From: Vicugna vicugna
Lineage: Eukaryota
Length of the DNA: 64,000 nucleotides
Reading direction: 5' to 3'
Assembly: GCA_013265495.1 (NCBI GenBank)
Contig: MU058037.1
Span: forward strand, 807,498 to 871,497
Under the pieces are notes generated by a model. The model saw nothing but the letters and a program-made list of their open reading frames with translations, was not told where the DNA came from and did no database searches. Both the position numbers and the translations under genes were made by a program. Shown one piece after another: positions 11,671 through 25,283 of the stretch; position 1 is the first letter of the stretch; each line of letters begins with the position of its first letter.

Positions 11671-14600
11671 TATTCCCTAAAATATCAACATGAAGCCCCT
11701 AAATGAAAAGTTCAAATGGGTTCGAGTTTGGGATCAGAAATGTGAAATCCAATTCCAGTTAACTGCTGTTTAAAAAAAAAAAAAGGAAACCAGTATTTTC
11801 CTGATATTCCTCAAAACTGCTCATACAGGAAAATCTACAGAACCCTTGTAAATTGATTCCCACACCATTTTTCCAGCCAAGGCTGTTGTATGCTATCTCA
11901 GTTTAAACAGAAAACCTCACTGGTTCTGACTTGCTTTTGTCAATTTGCTGATGTCCTGGGGTGCTTCATTTACACATGCACTTTCTAACTGAAAGAGTGG
12001 CCCTTGGAGAGAAGTCTTGGCAATCATTTTAATTAGCAGCAACTTGAAGACTGTCTTTTCTTTCTTCCCCCAGTAACCCTAATGAACTGAGAGATAAGCT
12101 TATAAAGTTTTGCCCCAAAGGTTTCTCAGCTGGCAGCTGATCAAAGTGTGCAGAGGCAATAATACTAGACAACTATTTCATTCTCAGGCTGATTTTTAAA
12201 CTATTAATTATAGTCAAGCTAAGAGGTGAAGGAAGGCCTGTGATTGCTAGAATCATTTATAAGTTGTCAACACTTTTTTGGTCTACCCTGAAACCTCAAA
12301 GAGTTCAAGGGAAAAAAATATTCATATGAATTCAGAAGATAAACTTTTTAAAATGTTCTTTACTCTCTGAGGAGCTTATCTCTGCACAACTATCCTTAAT
12401 AACTGTCCTTAATCTTTCTTGTCTCAGAGTTAAGGAAATCCTTAAATATGCAGCCATTTCAAAATTGAACAGAACCAGAACCGATGCTGAAATTATAAAG
12501 CACAAGACAGATGAAACATTCACTCACACCTGTACACTTTTGCTGCATTTTCACTTTAAATGAAGTTTTTTAGGTCCATTTCCACTTTGATCAGATTCTT
12601 GATTCTTTTAGGATGCTGCTGGTTTTTTTCTGTTGCTTTCTCTCACCTTCTTTGAGTCAGTCTTAGGCCAACTCTTAGAATAGATGCTCCAAGAAACTGC
12701 TTCATTGTATGTCACTACACTCTGATTCTTCTTTAAACTTACCTAAACACCTGTACCCTGGGTGGGCCAATACCGGGAGGAGATACTAAAGGGAAGGGCT
12801 TAGATGCAGAGCTCTATCTACCAAATAAGCCCTTTCTTGCAGGACAGAGCTTTCAAACTAGTTTTTTATAATCATTCTTTTGTTTCTCAGAAGCAAGTTG
12901 TCCACTGTTGTATTTTCAGTAACTAGTATCATTTTAGAGATGCTCTTTTTACTTGCAAGTCAGATGGCACATTTTAAGTCATCTCCTCTTATAAAATGCC
13001 AAGACAGCATTATATAAATTCAAGGCATGTACAATACTATGCACAATTCTTATTGAATAAAAATAGATCTTAGAGTCATATAGTTAGTGTCTACATGATC
13101 CTCTAACAACCCATGACGTATGAAACACTCAGGTGGTTAGGCAGGTTGTTTCAGCTCCATTAAACCAAGCATCCAGTGTACAGAGAAATCATTTAGGTAC
13201 TTGATTACATTGTTTTCACATTTGGTCTGTTGACTTGGCTTCATGGCAGTAAAACCCTGGAACCCCACTGACTCCCTGAAAATGTATTTATTTCTGACAA
13301 CAGAGCTATCTTCGAGCAACTTTTCTGCCATTTCCATAATGATTGGCATAGACCTTGACTATGTTACATGTCTGTGTTACTTGATCATAGGAAAAATAAT
13401 TCCAGGCTCAGTTAAAGATGAAGAAATGTTTAAAACAGAGCTTTGTGACTATTCTGAAATTATATTAAACAGTGCAAAGTAATGTCAAACTTGGGTTTTC
13501 CGGAAATATGAAGTCTCTCTTATTTTCAGAAAATAATTTGCAGAATTCTTTTGGACCATCTAATGAGATGCATTGCCAGCTATTGCATTTTATAAACTTG
13601 AAGAGGTTGAATGGTTTTTCCTTTCCTTGTCCAATCCAGTTCTCTTTAAGTGTTTCAAGCCAGCTTGGATTTCCTTGGCATCGCCGCATGTGGCTTTTCC
13701 AGGATTGTCTGATGGTACTGCTGTGAAATGTGATTAGGGAATTTGAGAGAGAAGGAAGTTGGCTGAAGGTCATTACCAATTAGATGAAAACTAAAGGCTA
13801 TGGAGCTACTCAAACAGAGTAATGAATAATTATCCAAACTTTGTGAAAGACATTTAGAATGTAATTTCATTGTGGGTTTTCATTAAATTGAAAAACGGCA
13901 GAACTATCAAGTCTGCCAGACACCCCAATACACTACTTCCATGGCAAGGCAATTTCCTGTTATCAGGAAGGAGTGGCTAGTGGGCTAAGGTTGGAGCAAG
14001 ATTGCAGAATTGCTTAAGCCATCATCAGTAGGTACCTCAATGGATAAGAGAAGCTCAAACCAAAGTGTGGCCCTCTAACCATCAATCCTAGTAGTCTCAC
14101 AGGCCTGAGCATGATGTTGCGACATCCTCCAACAGTTCCTTAGTTATTAGAGAAAATAAAAGGGTAGCCATCTCCTGAGACCAGCATCTGCCTCACCTAA
14201 TAGCAGGGGATTAGATTCTTTGCTTGTATCTCTAATAGGCTAATATAAAATACTAATTTGCCCCATTTTAAAATCATATTGCATATATTCCCTGTGAGCA
14301 TGCAGGTGTATAACAATGACTTAATTGTTCTGAAAGGTAAAATGTAAGCAACTATCCACAAAATTGGATTCTTTTCTCATGTGTTACTTTAATTACAGTC
14401 ATGTTAACAGCATCACCAGTTACATCATCCTATTTTTCTCAAAAGCAATATAATTATATATAAAAAATTCAAGCAGAGATGTGACCAAGCAAACCCAGAA
14501 ACGTGTGACTGGTTCTAGTGAGCTGAGAATGAATACTATTTAATATTTATCATTCAACTCTATAACCAAAAGGAAAATATAGTACTGTAAGTCTTAAGCA

Positions 14601-15084
14601 TTAAGAAGGAAAAGATATGCCAATCCCACCAGAAGAAACTGTTTCACCTAGAGTAGACCACAAAGAGTGGGAAAATTAGAGTCAAAGAATGAGTATAAAA
14701 TCCTCCATTAGAAACTGGAAGTCTGAATTTGAGACAGTGTTCAGTGATTTGGCCCAAATCACAAGCAACAGAAGCCTGTGATGAAGGTGGATATTCCAGG
14801 TCAGCCTTTTTCCATTTCTGAGTTATAGAATGCTTTGTAAAATTAGGCTGTGTTATGTCTCAGAAATTCATTGAAGTGTCCAAACATATCTGAGCTGGAG
14901 CTTCTAAAGGAGATAAAGCAGTCAAATGCATCTATATAAAACGGAAGAACTACACATCCATTCTGTGAAAAGAATTTCCACAGCAGCTATGAATCATAAG
15001 ATGAAAATTAGTCCTGTGTTTAACTGCAGGAAAACTAAATCCAAATTAAACTAATGTAGCATTGTCATTTTTACACACTAAACA

Positions 15085-16090
15085 AATATTATTAAGGAAA
15101 CAATCAACAGAGTGAAAAGGCCAACTACAGAATGGAAAAAATACTAGCAAATCACACATCTGATGAGAGGTTAATACCCAGAATATATAAGGCACTCCTC
15201 CAACTCCGTAGCAGAAGTAAATAAATAGCCTAATTTTAATATGGGTGAAGGAACTGAGTAAACATTTCTCCAAAGAAGACATACACATGACCAGCAGGTA
15301 TATGAAAAAGTGCTTAACCTCACTAATCATTAGGGAAATACAAATAAAACCACAATGAGATAACACCTCACACCTGTTAGGATGGCCATTATCAAAACTT
15401 AACAAGTGTTGGAAAGGATGTAGAGAAATTGGAAACCTTGTGCACTGTTAATGGGAATGAAAAATTATGTAGCCACTATGAAAAACAGTATGGAGGATCC
15501 TTAAAAAATTAAAAATGGAACCACTATATGATCCAACAATTCCACTTCTGGGTATTTATCCAAAAGAACTGAAATCATTATTTTGAAGAAGTATTTGGAT
15601 TCCCATGTTCACTGCAGCATTATTCACAATAGCCAAGATATGTAAGCAACCTAAATGTCTACCGACAGATGAATGGATAAATAAAATGTGGGAGATACAC
15701 ACACACATACACACACATACACACACACACAGGCTGTGTCTTAGGCATTAAAAATGAAGGAGATCCTATCATATGCAAAAGCATGGATGAACCTTGAAGA
15801 CATATGCTAAGTGTAATAAGTCAGTCACAGAGCGATAAACACTGCTTGATTCCACTTATTTGAGGTATCTGAAATGTCGGGCTCAGAAGAACACAGAATG
15901 ATGGTTGCCAAGAGCTGGGGGGAAATGGGGAATTGCTGTTCAGTGGGTATAAAATTTCAGTTATGCGAGACGAGTACGTTCTTTAGATCTGCTGTACAAC
16001 ATTGTGCCTATATTTAACATTACTGTGCTGTACACTTAAAAATTTGTTAATAGAATAAATCTTACGTGTGTTTTTTACTGCAATAAAAAA
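15085..16090 (+). mobile_element. LINE-1 3' end, L1MA8/L1MA9-like
   Basis: Degenerate ORF2 C-terminus followed by the 3' UTR AGATCTGCTGTACAACATTGTGCCTATA...TACACTTAAAAATTTGTTAA and an AATAAAAAAA tail. Confidence 0.9.
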
Positions 16091-16257
16091 AGTCTAACCA
16101 TTTCAGCCTATATGGAGATGATATGTCACTAGGACATATTCATTAGCTGGCACATAAATATAGAAAATCATGAATATCATTGTGATTGCAGAAAAACAAA
16201 GGATGATAGAATATGCATGATTATTTACTTGCCTTCATTTTATAAGAAAATAAGCTA

Positions 16258-16362
16258 TTTTTTAAACTTTTATTGAAATATAACATATACCCAAAATCAT
16301 AATCTGTGAATTATCAGAAAGTGAACACACTGAAGTAACTACCACTCAGATCAAGATAGCAA
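16258..16362 (-). mobile_element. Ancient L1ME-like 3' end fragment
   Basis: Contains TTTTATTGAAATATAACATATAC and AAGTGAACACACTGAAGTAACTACCACTCAGATCAAG. Confidence 0.55.
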
Positions 16363-16364
16363 AA

Positions 16365-19317
16365 CAACCGTTCTAACAGATGTTAAGTGATACCTCATCA
16401 AAGCTTTCATTTGCATTTCCCTGATGATGAGTGATGTTGAATATCTTTTCACGTACCTGTTGGGTATCTGTATGTCTTTGGAAAAATGTCTGTTCACATC
16501 TTCTGCCTATTTTTAATCAGATTGCTTGTTGCTATTGAGTTATATGAATTCTTTACATATTTTAGATATTAACCTCTCATCAAAGGTAAGATTTGCAAAT
16601 ATTTTCTTTCATTCAGTAAGCTGCCTTTTTGTTGATGTTTCGTTTGCTATACAGATGGTTTTTAGTTTGATGAGTACCAACGTTTATTTTTGCTTTTGTT
16701 GCCTTTGCTTTAGGAGTTGGATCCAAAAAATCATCACCAACACCAATATCAAGGTGCTTAATGCCTATGTTTTCTTCTTAAGAGTTTTACAGTTTCAGGA
16801 CTTATGGAAGTCTTTCAAGTCTTCAGTTCATTTTGAGTTAATTTTTGTGTATGGTGTACGATAGTGGTTAAGTTTAATTCTTTTGCACGTGGCTGTCCAG
16901 TTTTTCTAACACCATATGTTGAAAAAACTATCTTTTTCCCATTGTATATTCTTGGCTCCTTTGTTGTAAGTTAATTCACCTCATGATAGGTTTATTTCTG
17001 GGCTTTTTATTCTATTCCAGTGATCCATATGTCTATTTTTATGCCAATACCATACTGTTTTCATTGCTATAGTTGTGATACATTTGAAAACAGAGAGCTT
17101 GATGCCTCCAGCTTTGTTCTTATTTCTCAAGACTACTGTGGCTATTCAGGGTCTTTTTTGGTTCCATACAGAATTTTGGACTCTTTATTTTATATCTGTG
17201 AAAAATTGGAGTTTTGATAGGGATTGCATTGAATCTGTAGATTGCTTTGGGTGGTGTGGACATTTTAATGTTATCAGTTCTTCCAGTCCATGAGCATAGA
17301 ATATCTCTCCATTTATTTATATTTTTTCCATGAATGTCTTACAGTTTTCTGTGTACAGGTCTTTCACTTCCTTGGTTAAATTTATTTCTAGGAATTTTGT
17401 TCTCTTTGATGCAATTGTAAATAGGATTATTTTCTTAATTTCTCTTTCTGATAGTTAATTATTAGTATGTAGAAACACAACAGATTTTGTATCCTGTAAC
17501 TTCAGTGAATTTGTTCAGTAGTTCTAACAGGTTTTTTTTGGTGTTTTCTATATATAAAATCATATTGTTCACAGACAGTGACAGATTTACTTCTTCCCAA
17601 TTTGAATGCCTTTTCTTTCTTTTCCTTGCCTAATTGCTGTGATTAGGGTTTCCAATACTATGTTAAATAAAAGCGGTGAGAGTGGGCATCCTTATCTTGC
17701 TCCTGATCTCAGAAGAAAAGCATTTCACCACAGAATATGATGTTAGCTGGGCTTGACATAGATAGCCTTTATTGTGTTGAGGTGTATTCCTTGTTGTGAG
17801 TTTTTATCATAAATGGATGTTGAATTTTGTCAGATGTTTTTTCTGTGTCTTTTGAGATGACCATATGATTTTTATTCGTTTTTTAATGTGTTGTATCACT
17901 TTGATTGATTAATAGACATTAACCGTCATGCATCACTGGAATAAATCCCACTTGATCATGATGTATGATCTTTTTAATATATTATCGAATTTGGCTTACA
18001 AGTATTTTGCGGAGGATTTCTGTATCTATGTTCATCAGTGATACTGGCCTACAATTTTCTTTTCTTGTAGTGTCTTTGGTTTGGGTATCAGGATAATGCT
18101 GCTCCCATAGAACTAGTTGGGAAGCAGTCCCTCCTTTGCTGTTCTTGGAAGAGTTTGAGAAGGATTGGTATAATTCTTTGAATGTAGAATTCACCAGTTT
18201 TGGACTTTTGTTTATTGGGAGTTTTTGTTGTTGTTGTTGTTGTTGTTGTTGTTTTTTATTTCGTGGGTTCAGTCTCCTTACTAGTTATTGATCTGTTTCT
18301 ATTTCTTCATGATTCAGTCTTGGAAGGTTGTATATTTATAGAAATGTATCCGTTTACTTCTGGTTTGTCCAATTTGTTGGCATACAATTATTCTTAGTAG
18401 TCTCTTATGATGTTTCATATGTCTGTGGTATCAGTTGTAACATCTCCTCTTCCATTTCTGATTTTAATTATTTGAGCCCTCTCTGTTTTCTTGGTGAGTC
18501 TAGCTAAAGTTTGTCAATTTTGTTTATTTTTTTTCAGAACCAGCTCTTGGTTTTATTGATCTTTTCTATTTTCTTTTTAGTTTCTATTCATTTAATTCTA
18601 CTCTGATCTTTGTTATTTCCTTCCATCTCCTAACTTTGAGCTTCATTTGTTCTTCTTTTTCTAGTTCTTGAGGTATGAAGTTAGATTGTTTGCTTGAGAT
18701 CTTTCTTGTTTCTTAAGATAGGCATTTATTGCTATGAACTTCCCTCTTAGAACTGCTTTTGCTTTATCAGATAACTTTTGGTATGTTGTATTTCCATTTT
18801 CATCTGTCCTAAGGCCTTTTGGGATGTCTCCGTTTCTTTTTTTACTCCTTGGTTGTTCAGTAGCGTGTTGTTTACTCTCCACATATTTGTGAATTTTCCA
18901 GTTTTCTTCTTGTAATTGATTTCTGGTTTCACAGCATTGTGGTTGGAAAAGATGCTTGATATGATTTCAGTCTTCTTAAATTTAGTAAGTTTTGTTTTGT
19001 GGCCTAATGTGATCTATCCTATAGAATGTTCCATGTGTCCTTAGGAAGAATGGATAGATGCTGCCTTTGGATAGAATGTTCTATAGATATATAGATATAG
19101 ATATAGATATAGATATATAGAGATAGAGAGAGAGAGAGATATCTGTTGAGTCCATCTGGTATAATATGCCATTTAAGGTCGATATTTCCTTACTGATTTT
19201 TTTGCCTGGATGTTCTATCCATTGATATAAGTAATGAAGTTCCTTACTTTTATTCTGTTGTGGTCTGCTTTTCCATTTAGGACTGTTAATATCTGCTTTA
19301 TATATTTAGATGCCTTT
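16365..19317 (-). mobile_element. Old LINE-1 ORF2 segment (EN, RT and C-terminal region; degenerate)
   Basis: ORF remnants '[20 protein letters not shown]' (18661..18882) and 'TTRKENCRPVSLMNID' (17982..18194). It is colinear with the young L1 but has many indels, and contains (GTT)n and (ATATAG)n/(AG)n microsatellites. Confidence 0.9.
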
Positions 19318-19699
19318 AGAGTTCCAACAGAAATCCTTGAGTATATGTTAGGATTCCTCCCTCTTGATGGTTTTGAACTCAAATTTTCACCCTAGGATGC
19401 TTCTGAGTCTGTTGAAAGCTCTGTCCTACTTATAAGCCTGTCAGCAACTGCTTTTGGAATTGTCAAATATCTTGAGGTAAAAAGCAATGCCAAATGCCAG
19501 GCTCACTTCTCTGGCTTTTTCTTCTCTATAGGATCTTAGTGTGACTAATTTAATCCTTGCACCTTGATAGGTCTCCTGTACCTTCAAATAGATTCTTTTT
19601 TTTTAATATTTTGTTCTGATTTTCTAGTTGTTCTTAGTGAAAGACATGTTACATTGCCAAAATTTGATCTCCCTCTCAATCTGTGCACAGTAGACATAG

Positions 19700-19890
19700 G
19701 TGTACACCACATTTATTGAGTGCTTCCTAAGTGCTGGGCGCTAAACAAAAGGCTCATACTTGTTTGTATGATAATCCTCATAGTAACTCTGAGTTCAAGA
19801 ATTACCATTTTACAGATGAAGGTAAAGACACTGCCTAGGACTGTATACTTAGCAGTTTCCAGATGTGGAATTACATACATTTAGCAGTTA
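19700..19890 (-). mobile_element. MIR SINE
   Basis: Contains ATTTATTGAGTGCTT, AATCCTCATAGTAACTCTGAG and CCATTTTACAGATGAAGG. Confidence 0.7.
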
Positions 19891-20379
19891 TCTTTGTCCT
19901 CACAACTTATGCTAGATATCTGCAGTTATTTAATAATAAATGAGACAAGTTTGGGTTTTTATCCTTCACATACTAGAAAGTGCAGCTCTAGTCACAGTTA
20001 GAGAAGTTGAAACTTTCTTCAGTGCCTAGCATTATGCTTGGGTAATAGTTGATGTGCTGTATTTACTTCAACCTGTTTCTTCTTTTTTCTAATTTTTATT
20101 GGAAAAGTTTCCAGATGTACTAAAGAATATAGGATACAGTGAACCATAATGGATATATGACACAGTTTCAGTCACCATAAATATTTTTTATTTTAAAAAT
20201 CTATCCCCCTTTATCTTCTCCTTTGCTATGGCCTTTTAAACAATATCGTAGAGTTTACCCCCTAAATACTTCAGTTTGCATCTTTAAAAGTAAAATTACT
20301 TTTGCTTCATACTTTTAAAAGGTTCTACTGAATGTATGTCACTCAGATCAAACTAGAACTCTACTTTTCAGAAAAGCAT

Positions 20380-20895
20380 CAGCATCCCAGAAGTTCCATT
20401 CCGGGCATGCACTCAAGAGAATTGAATGCGTATGTTCACCAAAATGCATGTACGGAATGTTCATAGTAGCTATATTCACAATAGTCAAAAGTTTAAAACT
20501 ACCCAGTATCCAACAGGAATAGACAATATAAATGAAGGACAGTATATTCATACAACAGAATTACTGCCACGTGCAACAGCATGAGTGAATTTCACAGATA
20601 CAATGTTGAATAACAAATCAAAGAAAAATATATATACTGTGTTTTACCCTATTTATGTAAATTTCAGAAAGAGGCAGAATCAAGTCATGGTAGTAGCCTT
20701 GAGAAAAATGGATCACTTTGGGAAGGAGTGGTGACTGGGAGGGAGCCTTTCTGGGATGCTGGAAATCTTTTCTATTTTTTCTCAAGTGGTGATCACACAG
20801 GTGAATACCTATGTAAAATTTTATAGAATTTATACCCTTCACCCTTTATTGAAGTATTACACTATGCTTCAACGAAAAAGTAATTTTTAAAAAGA
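20380..20895 (+). mobile_element. Ancient L1ME-like 3' end
   Basis: Contains GAATGTTCATAGTAGCTATATTCACAATAG, GCAACAGCATGAGTGAATTTCACAGATACAATGTTG and GCCTTTCTGGGATGCTGGAAAT. Confidence 0.75.
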
Positions 20896-20916
20896 AGCAA
20901 CAAGTATGCTCTAGAT

Positions 20917-21255
20917 CAGGAGTTGGCAAAGTTTTTCTGTAAGGAGCCAGATAGCAAATGTTTTTAAGCTTTATGGGTCATAGAGTCTGTCACAGCTCCT
21001 TACTGCTGTTACAGTGCAAAAGCAGCCACGGATGGTGCATAAACTCATGAGTATGACTGTGTGGTGATAAAACTTTTGAGGTCGATAAATAGATTTCAGT
21101 TTGATATAATTTCTGTCACAAAATCTTATTCTTTGCACTTTTTTTCAACTATTTAAAAAATGTGAAAACCAGTCTTAGCTCATGAGACATACAAAAACAG
21201 GCCGTGGCCATGTGGGACTTCATTTGGACCACAGGCTGCAGTTTGCCAACCCCTG
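20917..21255. mobile_element. MER58B-like hAT-Charlie element
   Basis: TIRs CAGGAGTTGGCAAA and TTTGCCAACCCCTG bound 339 bp. The internal motif TTTCTGTAAGGAGCCAGATAGCAAAT is present. Confidence 0.85.
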
Positions 21256-21712
21256 TTCTACGTGTGCTTGTGTCTAAACACACCAGGAATGTATAGACGA
21301 ATATGGGCAAGAGAACGTGAGCAATTCTGGAATAGTCGAAGGCCAAATGAACTGGACATTCATGCGTGTAAGATTTATTTCAGGCTTTCTGCAATTGTAG
21401 GGAAAGATAAAAAGAGCCAGTGTTCCATGCTAACTGGTGACAGTGGTCAGTAACAGGAATGAATATGGTTATGTTCACACAATGATTTACCGTGAAAGTA
21501 AATAATGCTCTGGAATTGTTATCATGAGACCACAGTATAAGCATTTAACATTTTCTTCCCTCTGTGCTTTTTATTTACCTGAAACTTTGCAACAGTGATG
21601 ACAGTAGTAATTTGGGATTTCGGGGATGTCACTAAATGCAGGCAGCTTGTGCATGGAATGTCTCAGATGAACTTTCTTCACCAGCCCATCTCCAAAGCAG
21701 ACTTGTTTTATG

Positions 21713-21715
<3 letters not shown>

Positions 21716-21763
<48 letters not shown>
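21716..21763. repeat. Perfect (GT)24 microsatellite
   Basis: Read directly from the sequence. Confidence 0.97.
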
Positions 21764-21765
<2 letters not shown>

Positions 21766-23709
21766 CTTGGAGCTGTTCGTGGCAGTGATGATAATAATAC
21801 GACTTGCCATTTATATGGTGTTTTCTCCTTTCAAAGTTCTTCTCTCTAAAAAGAACCTAAAGGGTACATTTTAAATCAATCTTCTTTTCACAGCAGTAGA
21901 AGCCACACTTTTTAGTAAATCCAGAGAATCACTGTAGCCTTTTTGAAAATATGTACTTAGTTTGCTACCAGAAAGTTCTGGCTGTGACCAGCATTTTTCC
22001 TTCAAAAGCTGTGCATTTCACTTTTTTATTTTTGTCTCTTTTGTTCTTCCGTGGCACAAATTGCAATCAATTATATAAATGAAAGTTTCCTCACCTAACC
22101 CAATAGTCTGTTTTTATAGCTTGACTTCCTGGAATAGTAACATTAACAAAAATATTGTGTATCTGCTTAATCTGGATAGTTGTTTTTCCATGCTGCCAAA
22201 ATTTATTGAGATCATATGTGATGAGCACTACAGGAATAAGGAGTAATTAAATAAGAGCTTCCAGAGGGAGTTCACAGCCTTGTGCGAGAGACTTGGTGGA
22301 TAGGTCCCATCCCGATCCTTTATAGCTGGCTCCTGCTGAATACACTCCCACAGGCACATAGGTACCAGCTCCTGACAACAGTGCTTATTCCAAGCATTGC
22401 CTGGGATAATACACTGCTTTCTTGAATTGAATTTCTCTTCTCCTTGGCACCAGCTCCCTTCTACTGTCTGCTTCTGGCCTTGTGACTTTAACTATCTGCT
22501 TTGATTTGAACTCTTTGGCTTATAGAGTCAACTTCCTATTCAACTCAGCTATGCATCCTCCTTGATTCCAGCCCTGCTGAAGCTTCAGGGAAAAGAACTG
22601 CTCCATTAGTCCTGTACCCAAAGGACTGTGATAGCCCGGCTGACCTCTGGCCTGGGGAGAAGTTTCCGGGCATACACCACAAATAGGCATAATATAACTG
22701 AGTGGAACAACTGCAGCAAGGGCACAGAGGACTGAGCCAAATATCCCTGTTCAGATATTAGTAATTGTCTTGGTTTAATAGCTTCCTCAGAGCATAAATC
22801 TCCTCCTCCAAAACAGAGGAAATATCGGCAATAATCATGATTTTTGGCCTCTGTGATTTTTCCCTATATATATATATAAGCAAGTAGAGGTCAAAACCTT
22901 GCAGTCTGTAGATTGCCGTTCCATTGATAGTTTCCTCAGTTGCTACAATAAATTTTTGAAATCTGGTTCCCTTAATCTGTGAGTAGATGCCTATTCTCAT
23001 GCTTCAAGCTCAAGGAGTTTTCCATTTCTGAAAGGCTGTCTTTTCTTCCATTGACACAGCCTACTTTTGATTAAGCTGAGTGGAATGGCTGAGCCGGCAA
23101 ATAGAGCATCCAAAAGGACAGTCACAGTGAGGTGTTCTCTTTGTGGGACTCCGTCAGTTCAAGCAGGAAAATCGATGCATCGGAGTGGGGGAGAATACAA
23201 TAGCAGTCCAACATTAATGCTCAGGAGGCAGCAAAAAATACAAGGAGAAAAATGCACTCAACTTTGGCCATGCAGAGAAACAACAGGAGAGGTAGCTAAG
23301 CTTACCCTCATTCACTCAGAAGAGAATGTCCATTTGAGAGGCATTGCCAGGTTTACTTGTAGCTACTCTAGGTACTGAAAGAAGAGCCACATATTTAAAG
23401 TACCATGGGCTTTTAGAAGTCTTGGCCATCTTTGTCTTTCATCACACTTAGTTCGGAAAGAAAGCTAGGGAGTACTTGCTTTCCTAGTAACAAGAGTTGA
23501 GAAATGATGCGTTCGAGGAGGAGAAATTTGCATCATTGAGGCCAGAAATAGACCTTGTTAAAAGTGAATGGTTCCATTCAGCTGCCTTGCCCACTGAGTT
23601 GTACAGTTTCTGTTACACAAACCCTTAGACTTTGAAGGTCTCCCTATTAAAACTACTAATAGAAACTGCCTTGAAAGCAAATAATCCCTGTCTGGTCTCC
23701 CCAGCATTA

Positions 23710-23836
23710 CATTCTTTAAGCTTTTTTGGGGGTGGGGGGAGTAAGTAGGTTTATTTATTCATTAATGGAGGTACTGGGGACTGAACCCAGGACCTCGTGC
23801 ATGCTAAGCACTAAACCAGTGAGCTGTACCCTCCCC
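23710..23836 (-). mobile_element. vic-1-type camelid tRNA-derived SINE with TSD
   Basis: Reverse complement reads GGGGAGGGTACAGCTCACTGGTTTAGTGCTTAGCATGCACGAGGTCCTGGGTTCAGTCCCCAGTACCTCC (A and B boxes), then an AATAAATAAACCTACTTACTCCCCCC tail. The 19-bp TSD TCTGGTCTCCCCA(G/A)CATTA lies at 23691-23709 and 23837-23855. Confidence 0.9.
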
Positions 23837-23940
23837 TCTGGTCTCCCCAACATTAAAATCTAGAGGGAGCCTGGAAGAACTATGGAGGCTAATGTACAGA
23901 GTATTCCAAGAAAGGAGAAATCCTTCTCATGTTTTCCCTG

Positions 23941-24335
23941 TGTGAGTCAGCTATGCTACAACAATGGTGAATAACAAATTGACCCAAAATTCTGTGTCTT
24001 TAAACAGACCTGCAGGTTGGCTGTCCCTCAGCTGGGCCAAGTTGAACTCCAGGCTCAAGGTTTCAGTCTCTAAGTTGGAATAAGGCCTATTCCCACATGT
24101 CTCGACATTCTCCTTGGACCAGTGGCTTCCCATAATAGGCTGTTCTCATGGCAATCACAGGAATGCAAGAGGCTAAACCTGACCATGCAAGTAGTTTATA
24201 GCCTGTTAATGCTTTCTTGGCTGAAGCAAGTTACATGGCTAAGGCCAAAGTCAAGAGGTGAGGAAACAGACCCAGTTCACCATGAAGCCAGGGCAAGTAT
24301 GTGGATATATAAGGAAGGAAATGAAGTATTATGAG
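23941..24335 (-). mobile_element. MLT1 (MaLR) LTR, old subfamily
   Basis: Contains TGTGAGTCAGCTATGCTACAACAATGGTGAATAACAAA and TTGGCTGAAGCAAGTTACATGGCTAAGGCCAAAGTCAAG. Confidence 0.7.
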
Positions 24336-24577
24336 CAGTGCCCTCCCTTAACCGCCCAAATGGAAAGGATTTTCTCTGGTTGGAACTGGAAGGTTGCCAT
24401 AGTAATAGGGAATGTTTCTCTTTTGCTCATTTAAGAAGAAATAATCTAGTTGCTCACCTGACTAGCCTCACTCCATCTATTAAGGTCAGTGGGGTCTGAC
24501 TGCTTTCCTGGATTTTCTTACAACTTAGCGAGTTGAAAAAGAGAGGGAATGTTTTCTTCTATGGTCTCTAAAAAGCC

Positions 24578-24745
24578 TAGAGCTGTACTATCCAGCATGG
24601 TAGCCACTAGCCATTTGTGGCTGCCTGAATTTAAACTATTTAAAATGAAATAAAGTTTAAAATGTACCTCCTCAATTACACTAGCCCCATTTAAAGAATG
24701 CAGTCATTAAATACGGCTTGTGGTTACCACGCTGGGCAGTGCAGC
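24578..24745. mobile_element. MER3/MER33-like fragment
   Basis: Contains GCTGTACTATCCAGCATGGTAGCCACTAGCCATTTGTGGCT. Confidence 0.7.
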
Positions 24746-24840
24746 TCTATCATATCACCCCATTTATTACCTTCATAACATAGATCACACTCTAAAATCA
24801 TCTTATGTATTTGCCCACATATTTACTTGTTCTCTCCCCC

Positions 24841-25283
24841 TGTGGTAGACTGAATGACCCCCGCTAGAGAGACACACATCCTAATTCTCAGAACTTGTAA
24901 ATGTTACTGTTCATGAAAAAAAGGGACTTTGCAGATGTAACTGAGTTAAGGATCTTGAGTTGGGGAGATGATCTAGGCAGGCCCAGTGTAATCACAGGGG
25001 TCCTTATAAGAGGGAGTCACGAGGGTCAGAGACAAGGTGGTGTGATGATGGAAGGAGAGGGACAGATTTGAAGGTAGAGGAATGGGGACATGAGACATAG
25101 GATGAAGGCGACTTATACAAGCTAGAAGGGGCAAGGAAATGTACTTCCCTGGAGTCCCCAGAAGGAATACAGCCCTGTAGACCCATTTTAGACTTCTGAC
25201 CTGCATAACTGAAAGATAAGTTGGTGATTTTTAAGCCAGTAAGTTTGTGGTATTTTGTTACAGCAGCAATAGGAAACTGATAC
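24841..25283 (+). mobile_element. Complete MLT1B/C/D-like solo LTR inserted into an L2 fragment (L2 at about 24750-24840 and 25284-25420)
   Basis: TG...CA termini (TGTGGTAGACTGAAT ... AGCAGCAATAGGAAACTGATACA) with internal GGGACTTTGCAGATGTAA and TTTTAAGCCAGTAAGTTTGTGG. L2 3'-type sequence resumes at CCACTAGCATGTAAGGTCTATG. Confidence 0.85.

Noticed and set aside
23770..23836. Functional tRNA gene
   Set aside because: It has an internal deletion, a SINE tail and a TSD, so it is a SINE.
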